From Acidobacteriota bacterium (GTDB lineage: Bacteria > Acidobacteriota > Terriglobia > Acidiferrales > UBA7541), in assembly GCA_027307115.1 (NCBI GenBank), contig DAHUXN010000083.1, positions 2,775 through 66,774 of the forward strand: 64,000 nucleotides of DNA, written 5' to 3'. Positions 44,554-52,920 of this stretch are shown piece after piece. Position numbers and translations under genes: made by a program. Each line of letters begins with the position of its first letter. Position 1 is the first letter of the stretch. The notes beneath the pieces were generated by a model. That model had not been told where the DNA came from and searched no databases. It worked only from the letters and a program-made list of their open reading frames with translations.

Positions 44554-46504
44554 GGCATTCGTGCTCGCATGTGCCGTCGGCCTCTGCGGCTTCGCGGCGG
44601 CAGCTAAGAATCATGCGCCTCCGTGGCTGACCGCGGCAGCGCAAGAGCAGATTCCGGAGTATCCTCCGGATACGGTCGCCGTAACCCTGTTCGAGCAACA
44701 ACAGATAACCATCGACGCCAATGGCCATGTCCAGACTCTGCATCGCGTCGCTTATAAGATACTTCGCCCGGAAGCCCGTGACACGTATGGCACGCTCGTT
44801 GTCCCTTTTGACAGCGAGACAAAGATTAAATCCATCAACGCCTGGTCGATTCCCCCCGGCGGCGATGTTTATCAGGTCGGCGCGAAAGAAGCCATGGAAA
44901 CTGGTATCTCTCCAGACGCCCTCTATAGCGACGACCGCCAGAAGATTTTGTCCATCCCTGCGGCGGACCCCGGCAGCGTCATCGGTTATGAATATGTTCA
45001 GGAGGAACGTCCCTACATTCGTGAAGAAGAATGGCGGTTTCAGCAAACGATACCCGTCTTGAAGGCTTCTTTTTCTCTGCAGCTGGCGTCCGGATGGAAA
45101 ATGGATTCGTACTGGGTGAATTATCCCGAGTCCAGGCCGCAAATTTCTGACCGCGGAAATTACGAATGGGATCTCACGAATATCCCAGCGCTGCCACATA
45201 GCCAGGATTTCATGCCAGCGTTCGACGCGGTCAGAGGGCGTTTGGCGATTGAGTATTATCAGCCAGTCAGCGCAGATGATCCGGTCACGTGGCAATCGCT
45301 TGGCTCGTGGTACGGCAATCTCACCAAAGACAGCCGGCAGATAACTCCCGAAATTCAGCAAGAAGTGGCGCAACTGACGGCCAATGCGCACACGACTCTC
45401 GATAAAATCACGGCCATCACCAATTTCATGCACAGCCAGATTCGCTACGTGGCCATCGAAATTGGAATCGGCGGGTTCCTGCCGCATTCCGCCGATGTGG
45501 TTTTCCAGAATCGCTACGGCGATTGCAAGGACATGACCACGCTCGCCAGCGCCATGCTCGCGCAAATTGGCGTCAAATCCTATTACGTCCTGATCGACGC
45601 GGATCGCGGCGTGGTCTTGCCTAACGTTCCAACCTTGCATGTGGATCACGTGATCCTTGCCATCCAACTGCCGCCTGACGTTCCGGAGGGCAATCTTTAC
45701 GCCACGGTGGATGACCCGAAGCTGGGCAAATTGCTGTTCTTCGATTCAACCGACCCGCACTGCCCGCTGGGCTATGTCCCCGCTTCCTTGCAGGATAACT
45801 ACGGCATGGTCGTCACGCCAGCGGGCGGCGAACTGGTTAAACTTCCCCTGCTTCCACCGGCGACGAATCGCCTCATGCGCGTCGCGCAGTTCACTCTCAG
45901 CCCGTCCGGCGATCTCTCCGCGCAGGCCCAGGAAGTCCGCTGGGGAGCGCCCGCCGAGGATTTGCGCTGGACGCTTCTTGACGCGGCGCCGAAGGATCGC
46001 GTCAAGGTGGTCGAAAATTTCCTCAGTATCTTCCTGACAAATTTTCAACTGACGAAAGCGTCCCTGGGCAATCTGGATGTTGCCGACAAGAATTTGATCG
46101 AAACTTACAACTTTGTGGCGCCCAATTACGCCAAGCAGGCCGGAGACCTGCTTCTGTTGCGGCCCTGCGTCCTCGGTGAAAAAGAACTGACTTTCGATCC
46201 GGAGAAGCCCCGCCAATATCCCGTCGAGTTTTCGACGTCCACGCTCGACACGGACCAATTCAGCATCACTTTGCCTCCCGGCTACGCTCCCGAGCAGATG
46301 CCGCCTCCCGTGAACATCAGCGATTCTTTTCTTTCTTATAAAAGCGAAACGAAATTGGTCGGCAACGTGTTGCAATACACGCGAAGCTACGAACTCAAGA
46401 CCGCCGTCGTTGCGGTCAAGGATCTACCACAGCTCAAGCGCGATTTTCAGGCCATTTCCCTCGACGAGCGGCAGCTCGCCGTCCTCCACCACACCTCCCC
46501 GTAA
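44501..46504 (+). CDS. secreted DUF3857-like protein with transglutaminase-like cysteine protease core
   Basis: Signal-like KAFVLACAVGLCGFAAAA. The core reads NRYGDCKDMTTLASAMLAQIGVKSYYVLI...LHVDHVILAI. Start options lie at 44501-44510 and overlap the upstream gene by 44-53 nt. Confidence 0.7.
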   Translation: MMRMTWFSRQPVQRNTTKAFVLACAVGLCGFAAAAKNHAPPWLTAAAQEQIPEYPPDTVAVTLFEQQQITIDANGHVQTLHRVAYKILRPEARDTYGTLVVPFDSETKIKSINAWSIPPGGDVYQVGAKEAMETGISPDALYSDDRQKILSIPAADPGSVIGYEYVQEERPYIREEEWRFQQTIPVLKASFSLQLASGWKMDSYWVNYPESRPQISDRGNYEWDLTNIPALPHSQDFMPAFDAVRGRLAIEYYQPVSADDPVTWQSLGSWYGNLTKDSRQITPEIQQEVAQLTANAHTTLDKITAITNFMHSQIRYVAIEIGIGGFLPHSADVVFQNRYGDCKDMTTLASAMLAQIGVKSYYVLIDADRGVVLPNVPTLHVDHVILAIQLPPDVPEGNLYATVDDPKLGKLLFFDSTDPHCPLGYVPASLQDNYGMVVTPAGGELVKLPLLPPATNRLMRVAQFTLSPSGDLSAQAQEVRWGAPAEDLRWTLLDAAPKDRVKVVENFLSIFLTNFQLTKASLGNLDVADKNLIETYNFVAPNYAKQAGDLLLLRPCVLGEKELTFDPEKPRQYPVEFSTSTLDTDQFSITLPPGYAPEQMPPPVNISDSFLSYKSETKLVGNVLQYTRSYELKTAVVAVKDLPQLKRDFQAISLDERQLAVLHHTSP

Positions 46505-46547
46505 ACTCGTTTCGTTCCCGCGCCGCTCTCGAAGGCACGGCGTGGCT

Positions 46548-46615
46548 TCGTAGGGGCGGGGTTCACCCCGCCCACGCGCTGTCCTCGTAGGGGCGCTGCT
46601 TGCGTCGCGGGACGC
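46548..46615. repeat. GC-rich REP-like hairpins, each preceded by TCGTAGGGG
   Basis: TCGTAGGGG occurs at 46548 and at 46585. Hairpins are GGGCGGGG-TTCA-CCCCGCCC (46554-46573) and GCGTC-GCGG-GACGC (46602-46615). They lie directly after the stop at 46504 and could act as a terminator. Confidence 0.7.
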
Positions 46616-46665
46616 AGGAAGCGGCGGGCGCGCAGCCTAGGAGATACATTCGTCGGAATTTGCAA

Positions 46666-46705
46666 GTGGGTGGCGCACCCTTTGGTGTTTAAGGGTGCGG
46701 TTTTT
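46666..46705. repeat. REP-like palindromic element (left copy)
   Basis: GTGGGTGGCGCACCCTTTGGTGTTTAAGGGTGCGGTTTTT contains an internal hairpin, GCACCC...GGGTGC. It is an inverted copy of 47279-47317. Confidence 0.85.
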
Positions 46706-46727
46706 GACGTGTCTTTCGCTTCTCGCA

Positions 46728-47255
46728 TTACGACAAATCAATGCTCAACAATCCGTCGTTGCGTCCCGCATAAAAACTGCAACTGCTCCATGGCCAGTCC
46801 TTCGGATCGCGCACGAGGCCACGTTTCACGGGGATTGCAGTGCATGTACTGAAGCTTTTCCGTTTTCTTCTTGTGACTCCATACATTGAAATCATAAAAG
46901 CGATGCTGCCAAACGTGCGCACTTGTTTCCGCCACCGCAAATCTCAGACGAAGTCGATTAGGTGCGCTCTTCCGCCTGCTCCTGTTTCGCAGTCTGCGTG
47001 ACACGCTCTGTTTCAGCGCCTGAACTGTTTTCGAGGGATTTCCTTTCTTCGGTTCGCCGATCATAAATGCACGTGCTCGGGCATCACCACATAGCCCAAG
47101 AGAGAAAACTGTGGCGATTCCTTACTTCTCCCAGCGCCTGCACAAAGAGACTTCGTGCGCGGGCTGTGCCCAGCAGTTTGCTGTCTCCGATAGCAGCTAA
47201 ACGTGATGAAATGCAAATGCCCGTGGCCATAAATCCGGAGCAATTTATTTCGCAT
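46728..47255 (-). pseudogene. IS200/IS605-like Y1 (REP-associated tyrosine, RAYT) transposase, multiply frameshifted
   Basis: Pieces are spread over three frames: MRNKLLRIYGHGHLHFITFSCYRR / LLGTARARSLFVQALGEVRNRHSF / LLGYVVMPEHVHL / MIGEPKKGNPSKTVQALKQSVSRRL...WQHRFYDFNVWSHKKKTEKLQYMHCNP / VKRGLVRDPKDWPWSSCSFYAG. Confidence 0.8.
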
Positions 47256-47278
47256 GTTTCGAGCTTGAAGAACTGAAG

Positions 47279-47317
47279 AAAAACCGCACCCTTAAACACC
47301 AAGGGTGCGGCACCCAC
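47279..47317. repeat. REP-like palindromic element (right copy, inverted)
   Basis: The reverse complement of AAAAACCGCACCCTTAAACACCAAGGGTGCGGCACCCAC matches 46666-46705 with a few mismatches. Confidence 0.85.
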
Positions 47318-47356
47318 GGCCAAACCAGGTAAGTCACTGTTGGGTGAACTAGCGCG

Positions 47357-47554
47357 GTGGTATCATCGGCCCGCTGTTCCTATGTCACAAGAGGAAAACG
47401 TGCCGCGAAAGGTGCGCCACCCGCCAAAAACCTTGGTGGCATCGAGACGAAGACCGGCAACTCTCCCTACAAAGCGAGCCAGCGTGCAAAGGACACGTAC
47501 TTGAAGCAGAAGGGTTACCGGGTGAATGTTGTGCGTAAACCCAAGGAGCAATGA
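47357..47554 (+). CDS. small basic hypothetical protein (65 aa), weak call
   Basis: GTG start. Its stop overlaps the next ORF's ATG (ATGA at 47551-47554). No recognisable family. Confidence 0.3.
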   Translation: MVSSARCSYVTRGKRAAKGAPPAKNLGGIETKTGNSPYKASQRAKDTYLKQKGYRVNVVRKPKEQ

Positions 47555-47871
47555 TGGTTGTCCAAGGAACCGAACTCGTTGGCACGTGGCAATCTGCCCC
47601 GAACGACACAAAGGGGGCGAGCGCGTATGGCAATGTAACGCTCAAGTTCGGTGGAGACGGGACACTATTGTACATAATTCATGAATCAGACCGAGATCAA
47701 ATCATGCGTCTAGCGTACCGAACCGAACCGGGCTTAATTATCACCGATCAACCAAGTGAGCCACGGTCTGAGAGAGGCGAGGGCAGGGGGCCAGCCGACA
47801 ATCTATCGGCGGATAGAATCAGGGAGATAGCAGCCGAAGTCAAAGCTGGCCTCTGGAAGGGGAGCAAGTGA
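47551..47871 (+). CDS. hypothetical protein (106 aa)
   Basis: LVGTWQSAPNDTKGASAYGNVTLKFGGDGTLLYIIHESDRDQIMRLAYRTEPGLIITDQPSEP has a beta-rich small-domain pattern. It is coupled on both sides by overlapping start and stop codons. Confidence 0.45.
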   Translation: MMVVQGTELVGTWQSAPNDTKGASAYGNVTLKFGGDGTLLYIIHESDRDQIMRLAYRTEPGLIITDQPSEPRSERGEGRGPADNLSADRIREIAAEVKAGLWKGSK

Positions 47872-48311
47872 ACCCAATACCTACGGATCGAACAAATGAG
47901 GAGACTTTCCATGCGGGTGCCTCTTTCCGCGTACAGGGCGTGGCCTTGGACTTGGAAGGCATAACGAGCAATTTGGGCCTCACTCCAACCGATGCTCACA
48001 GGCACGGTGAACTCAGCCCACAGAAGCACCCCTACCCGGGTGATATCTGGCGTTTGGATTCCCCCGTCGGCGACACTCAGCCACTGGATTCGCATCTGGA
48101 CTGGCTCGCGGAGCGACTCTTGCCTCACAGGGAATATATCGTGTCCCTGAAAAAAGAGCTGAAGGTAGACATCTATTGCTGGAAAACCTGTTACACGGAG
48201 CAGGCCAATTTGTATATTTCAAGCCACGCGCTCAGAATCCTGACGGATCTTTCCATTGGACTTGATGTGAGCCTGATCTTCCTTCCGGATGAGGCAGATA
48301 AAAGAGGCTGA
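47868..48311 (+). CDS. DUF4279-like protein (147 aa)
   Basis: FRVQGVALDLEGITSNLGLTPTDAHRHGE...GDIWRLDSPVGDTQPLDSHLDWLAERLLPHREYIVSLKK...LDVSLIFL matches my memory of the DUF4279 pattern. GTG 47868 overlaps the upstream stop. Confidence 0.55.
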   Translation: MNPIPTDRTNEETFHAGASFRVQGVALDLEGITSNLGLTPTDAHRHGELSPQKHPYPGDIWRLDSPVGDTQPLDSHLDWLAERLLPHREYIVSLKKELKVDIYCWKTCYTEQANLYISSHALRILTDLSIGLDVSLIFLPDEADKRG

Positions 48312-48556
48312 TTGAGAATCGCAGTAGTAAATAGTAAACCCTTGAATTTGTTCTGTTCTGAGGCAAGTAAGCTTGAGCGTGTGACAGTCAAGTGCGCGAG
48401 GGGCCAAAATCGACCGACTGTCACGAAATTGTCACAGTAAACGGCGCAAAACAGGCAAAAACGAGCAAACTCCAGAGAATTGAAATTCGCGCTATCTGAC
48501 GACTGGCAAAGGGATTTAGTTGTATTTTGTGTCAGATAACAAAACGGCGATTTAGT

Positions 48557-48596
48557 TTTTCAAGACCGCCGGTTTCAACCACTCACCCCCCCCTCC
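48557..48596 (-). pseudogene. truncated 5' half of tRNA-Ser(UGA), ending right after the anticodon loop
   Basis: The reverse complement reads GGAGGGGGGGGTGAGTGGTTGAAACCGGCGGTCTTGAAAA, versus GGAGGGGTGGGTGAGTGGTTGAAACCGGCGGTCTTGAAAA at 23125-23164. Upstream homology (TCCGCAGGCTACAAT...TAGCTGG..TT) extends to about 48624. No 3' half follows. Confidence 0.8.
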
Positions 48597-48862
48597 AACG
48601 CCAGCTAGCATTGTAGCCTGCGGACGCTGTTCGCAACACCCTGGAATACCGTCAAGAGGATTCCGCGTCAGAGAAAACCGCACACCCGTGCGTTGGAGAG
48701 GATGCGCTCTGAGCGCAATACGCCAGGGAACAATTCAGAAATAGCTAACAGGGGAAACTGGGGGGTAGAAGGCAGAACGTGCGAGGGAGAGAGCTAAAGA
48801 GGGTAACCGGCAAGTTCGCAGCCCGGCGGATGGACTTTATCGACGCGAGACGAGGCGATGCG

Positions 48863-50761
48863 CTATTTTTGCGCGACCGTGGCGATTAAGTGGCTATCTG
48901 TCGGTTCATGCTCAGTCAAACCATTGGCAGGAGAAATATATTCCGGCAGGATTTCGCGAAGCTTCGAGCGCACGGGCCCTGCGCCATCGACGGTCAGAGA
49001 AGCGCGCAGCTCTTCCAGGCGGCGCGCCAGCAGCGGCCATTCCCGGCGCTGGCCGCGCACTCGCTTGATTTTTGGCCGATCCGTGGAAACGATTTCCTCC
49101 GCAGCGGAGGACAGTTCTTCGTACAGCTTTTCGCCGGGCCGCAAACCCGTGAACTGGATGCTCACTTGATTTTCCGTTTTCCCCGACAATTGGATGAGAG
49201 TCCTGGCCAACTGGACGATGGAGATCTGCTTTCCCATTTCGAGCACCAGGATGTCTCCGCGCTCGCCAACGGTGGATGCCTCGAGCACCAGCGCGACCGC
49301 CTCGCGGGTGGTCATGAAATATCGCTTGATTTCAGGGTGAGTGATTGTGAGCGGACGATTCGCTTCCAGTTGCTGCTGCAACAAAGGAACCACGCTCCCA
49401 TTCGAGCCCAGAACATTGCCGAAGCGCACGGAAATACAACTCATCGCGCTCCCGCTCCGGCAGCTCAGAATCAGTTCGCCCACGCGCTTTGTGGCGCCCA
49501 TAACGCTGGTTGGATTCACTGCTTTATCGGATGAAATCAAGATGAAACTTTCGCAACCGCAATCTTCCGCGATTTCGAGCAAATTGATAAGGCCGAACAC
49601 GTTGTTCTTTACCGCCTCCTGAACATTCTCCTCCATCATGGGAACGTGTTTATAGGCCGCCGCGTGGAAGACGATGCTCGGTACGTGCTGCTGAAATAAG
49701 CGCCGCATGCGCATCTCGTCATTGATATCGGCAACGCAAAAGGCGGCAGAGTCGCGCTTGCGGTCCCCGGCAAGCGCCTGTTGCAAATAAAAAAGTCCCG
49801 TTTCGTTCTGATCGACGCACACAAGCTGCAGCGGATCGTGTCGCATGATCTGGCGGCAAAGTTCAGACCCGATCGATCCTGCCGCGCCAGTAACGAGAAC
49901 CACCTTGCCTTCGATCTCGCGGCGAACTGGCTCCAAATCCATTTCTACCGGCTCGCGGCCGAGAAGATCTTCCAGACGAACGTCGCGAAGTTGGCGAATG
50001 CTAACGCGTCCATTGATGATTTCGCCCAGGGCAGGAACGGTTCGAAATGGAATTGCGGCGCGCTGGCAGATTTCAATGAACCTTTGCATCTGTTCTCCCG
50101 TGGCGGACGGCACCGCGATAACGACTTCGTCGGCGGGATAATGAGCCAAAATCGCCGGAAGCTCCTCCGTCCTCCCGAGCACGGTCACGCCATGAATCGC
50201 GATGCCGAGTTTCGATTCGTTGTCGTCCAGGCAGCCCAGCACGCAATAGCCGCTCCCGGAATGAGCGATCTCGCGGATAACCATCTGCGCGGCGAATCCA
50301 GCGCCAATGATGATGACTTTTTTCGAGGTCTTTGAATCGCGGCGCATTGATTCCGCCAGGACTCGCGACATCAGACGCCCTCCGGACAAGAGGCCGGCGG
50401 TCAGCACCGCTTCCAGAAGGTATACCGAGCGCGGGAATGCAGAAAGGCCAAGGCTAATCACAATGAGATAAAAACATATTGTCCCGAGGGTGACCGCCTT
50501 CAAAATATTCAGCGCTTCGCTGACGCCGCTGAAATGCCACCATCCGCGGTGGAGATTGAAAAGACGCAAGGAACTCAAGCGGACCGCTATGAGGATCGGC
50601 GCGGTCCACAGCAGCAGGTGCCGAAACGGCAGGCTGAAATCAAACCTGAGCAGCCACGCGAGAACAAGGGAGCCCAACACCAGCAGCGCCTGGAAAGACG
50701 CGATGAACCAGGGCCGGTTTTCAAACAGGAGCTTGGGTAAATTCGAAAGGAATTTTTTCAT
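48863..50761 (-). CDS. CapD/WbpM/PglF-type membrane-anchored nucleotide-sugar 4,6-dehydratase (Polysacc_synt_2)
   Basis: N-terminal TM helices, then KKVIIIGAGFAAQMV and VVLVTGAAGSIGSELCRQI...VFHAAAYKHVPMME. Confidence 0.9.
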   Translation of the reverse strand: MKKFLSNLPKLLFENRPWFIASFQALLVLGSLVLAWLLRFDFSLPFRHLLLWTAPILIAVRLSSLRLFNLHRGWWHFSGVSEALNILKAVTLGTICFYLIVISLGLSAFPRSVYLLEAVLTAGLLSGGRLMSRVLAESMRRDSKTSKKVIIIGAGFAAQMVIREIAHSGSGYCVLGCLDDNESKLGIAIHGVTVLGRTEELPAILAHYPADEVVIAVPSATGEQMQRFIEICQRAAIPFRTVPALGEIINGRVSIRQLRDVRLEDLLGREPVEMDLEPVRREIEGKVVLVTGAAGSIGSELCRQIMRHDPLQLVCVDQNETGLFYLQQALAGDRKRDSAAFCVADINDEMRMRRLFQQHVPSIVFHAAAYKHVPMMEENVQEAVKNNVFGLINLLEIAEDCGCESFILISSDKAVNPTSVMGATKRVGELILSCRSGSAMSCISVRFGNVLGSNGSVVPLLQQQLEANRPLTITHPEIKRYFMTTREAVALVLEASTVGERGDILVLEMGKQISIVQLARTLIQLSGKTENQVSIQFTGLRPGEKLYEELSSAAEEIVSTDRPKIKRVRGQRREWPLLARRLEELRASLTVDGAGPVRSKLREILPEYISPANGLTEHEPTDSHLIATVAQK

Positions 50762-51372
50762 GGGATGCGTGGCTGCGCTATCGCTCTGTGGACCAGCGGT
50801 CGCGGGTTGCGTTTTCTTGCAGGACGCAAAATTGTCTTTGGGAAAAGATTAAGCGGAAGGCTTCAGAATCAGCAAGACGTATAATTCGCTGCTCAGCTTA
50901 CGGATACAGCTTCGCCCTGTCACTTACGTCGGCGTGCGACCGAGTCTTACTGTTTATTGGTCTATACAGCCCTTATGTCGAATTCATTCTCTCGCTTGGC
51001 CGTCGCGGTTGCCTGACGAGGTGAATTGTGTCGCATTGTGTGGCCTGTATACTTCTATGTCAAGTACGAATATACGATACCAGGGCAACGCCCTGGCCTT
51101 ATTGGCAAGAACTTGATGAGCCAAACCTGCCCGCGCATTGCCACCCGTTCCTGCTTATGAAGTTTCTGGTTTGCAGCCCTTGTAGCGCCGCGACTGACAC
51201 GACGGACGGACAACTGTAAAGAAACTACTTGTTAAATTGCGTCCAGGCGCGCGATGATAAACATTCTCATCTGTTCTGAGCAATTCAGCACAGTTTTTTT
51301 CTCGCCGTTTTGGTTTACTCCCGTGGTGGGAAGGGCCGCATCCAGGCATTCCGGGGACTCGATGCAGTACGC

Positions 51373-52917
51373 ATGAAGGTTCACCTTATAAATCCGAGTC
51401 ATGTTTCTTTTGGCACCGCCGTAATCACGCCGCGGTGGTTGTATGTGCTCGCCGCAGCCACGCCGCTTTCCTTTGGCGATCCAATCATTGTCGATGAAAC
51501 GCTTGATTCCGTGGATCCGGAGCGCATCCAGCGCGGCGATGTTGTGGGCATCGGCATTCACACCGGAAACGCCCTTCGCGGATACGAAATTGGCAAAATG
51601 GCGCGTGAACGCGGAGCCTATGTGGTCTTCGGCGGAATTCACGCCACACTTTACTCGGAAGAAGCGCAGCGTCTTGGCGGCGCGCACGCCGTGGTCAAAG
51701 GCGATGGCGACGTAATCTGGGCGACGGTTTTAGCGGACTGCACGAAGGGCGCTCCGCAATCCATATACTTGGGAGGTCGCGTCGAGGCGTCAAGTTTTCT
51801 CAAGGCCCGCTGGGATTTGATTCCGCGCGGACAATATATGTGGGCCTCCGTGCAGACCGTTCGCGGATGCCCGAAGCATTGCTCGTTCTGTTCCGTCTGG
51901 CGCACGGACGGCCAGCGCCCGCGCCAGCGCGCCTCCGATGCGGTGATCGAAGAGATTGTGCAGTTGCGGCGCCAGGGCTTTCGATTTATCGCGCTGGCGG
52001 ACGATAACTTCTATCCCGTCACTCTTACCGACATTGCGCTGGCCAAACGCCAGGGAAACGCGCAACGCATCGCTGAACTTGAGTCCCTCCGCGCCGAGCG
52101 CTTCGACTTGATGGCGCGCCTCGCGCTTCTCCCCAAGGACACGGTATTTTTCACGCAAATTACCATGGAAGCCGCGGAGGATCCCGCCTATCTCGATGCC
52201 ATGCGCAAAGCGCACATCAAGGGCGCATTGGTGGGCGTCGAATCCGTCACGCCCGAGGGCCTGAAGGACGTCTACAAGGATTTCAATTGCGCCGGAGAAA
52301 ATCTGGTTGAACGTTTGCAGACGTTTCGCAAGCACGGCGTGCACGTGCTCGGCTCATTTATCTTTGGCCTGCCCAGCGACCGGGCAAACACGTTTGAAGC
52401 CACCGTCGACGTGGCCCAACGCGCCGGCGTCACCTTTGCTCAATTCGTCATGCTCACGCCCTTTCCCGGAACCATCGATTTTGCAAAGTGGGAAAAGACC
52501 ATGGAACTCGATCCTCAGAGCGTCGGAGGCATCCCGCTGACTCGCCACTGGCTCATCCCGCAGGCGCTCCGCCCCAAGCTCTATTGTCCGCATCCCGCAA
52601 TGTCCGCCGATGAAATTCGAGAACGCACTCAGGCCGTTTGGGATCGTTTCTACACGTTGAGATCCATTTGGAAACGCTCTAACTTCATGACTTCATCGAA
52701 AGGCCGCTTAGCTTTTGTCTTGATCTCGAAACTTTACCGCCAGATGTACGCGAACACGGGAATCGCCACCGATAGCGCCCGAGTGGCGCGTTCGGCTCGT
52801 TGGGCGCGGTGGCTGGCGATGCCGTGCCGCTATCTTTTTTCAGCCCGTCCCATGCCTGATCTTGAAGTGCCACAATTAGAAGCTGAACCGATAATTGTTC
52901 CGGCGCCCACCGCCTAG
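51373..52917 (+). CDS. B12-binding-domain radical SAM protein (class B)
   Basis: The N-terminal B12-binding-like fold starts at MKVHLINPS. The radical SAM cluster motif is VRGCPKHCSFCSV. The C-terminal helical extension is DUF4070-like. ATG 51373 is preferred over the track's 51310. Confidence 0.8.
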   Translation: MKVHLINPSHVSFGTAVITPRWLYVLAAATPLSFGDPIIVDETLDSVDPERIQRGDVVGIGIHTGNALRGYEIGKMARERGAYVVFGGIHATLYSEEAQRLGGAHAVVKGDGDVIWATVLADCTKGAPQSIYLGGRVEASSFLKARWDLIPRGQYMWASVQTVRGCPKHCSFCSVWRTDGQRPRQRASDAVIEEIVQLRRQGFRFIALADDNFYPVTLTDIALAKRQGNAQRIAELESLRAERFDLMARLALLPKDTVFFTQITMEAAEDPAYLDAMRKAHIKGALVGVESVTPEGLKDVYKDFNCAGENLVERLQTFRKHGVHVLGSFIFGLPSDRANTFEATVDVAQRAGVTFAQFVMLTPFPGTIDFAKWEKTMELDPQSVGGIPLTRHWLIPQALRPKLYCPHPAMSADEIRERTQAVWDRFYTLRSIWKRSNFMTSSKGRLAFVLISKLYRQMYANTGIATDSARVARSARWARWLAMPCRYLFSARPMPDLEVPQLEAEPIIVPAPTA

Positions 52918-52920
52918 CGG

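Noticed and set aside
50762-51372. Cobalamin riboswitch upstream of the B12-binding radical SAM gene.
   Set aside because: I looked for a B12-box-like core (…AGYCMGgAgaCCkGCc…-type) and the characteristic GC-rich multi-stem junction and did not see them. The region is AT-richer with only one short hairpin. An Rfam scan would settle it.
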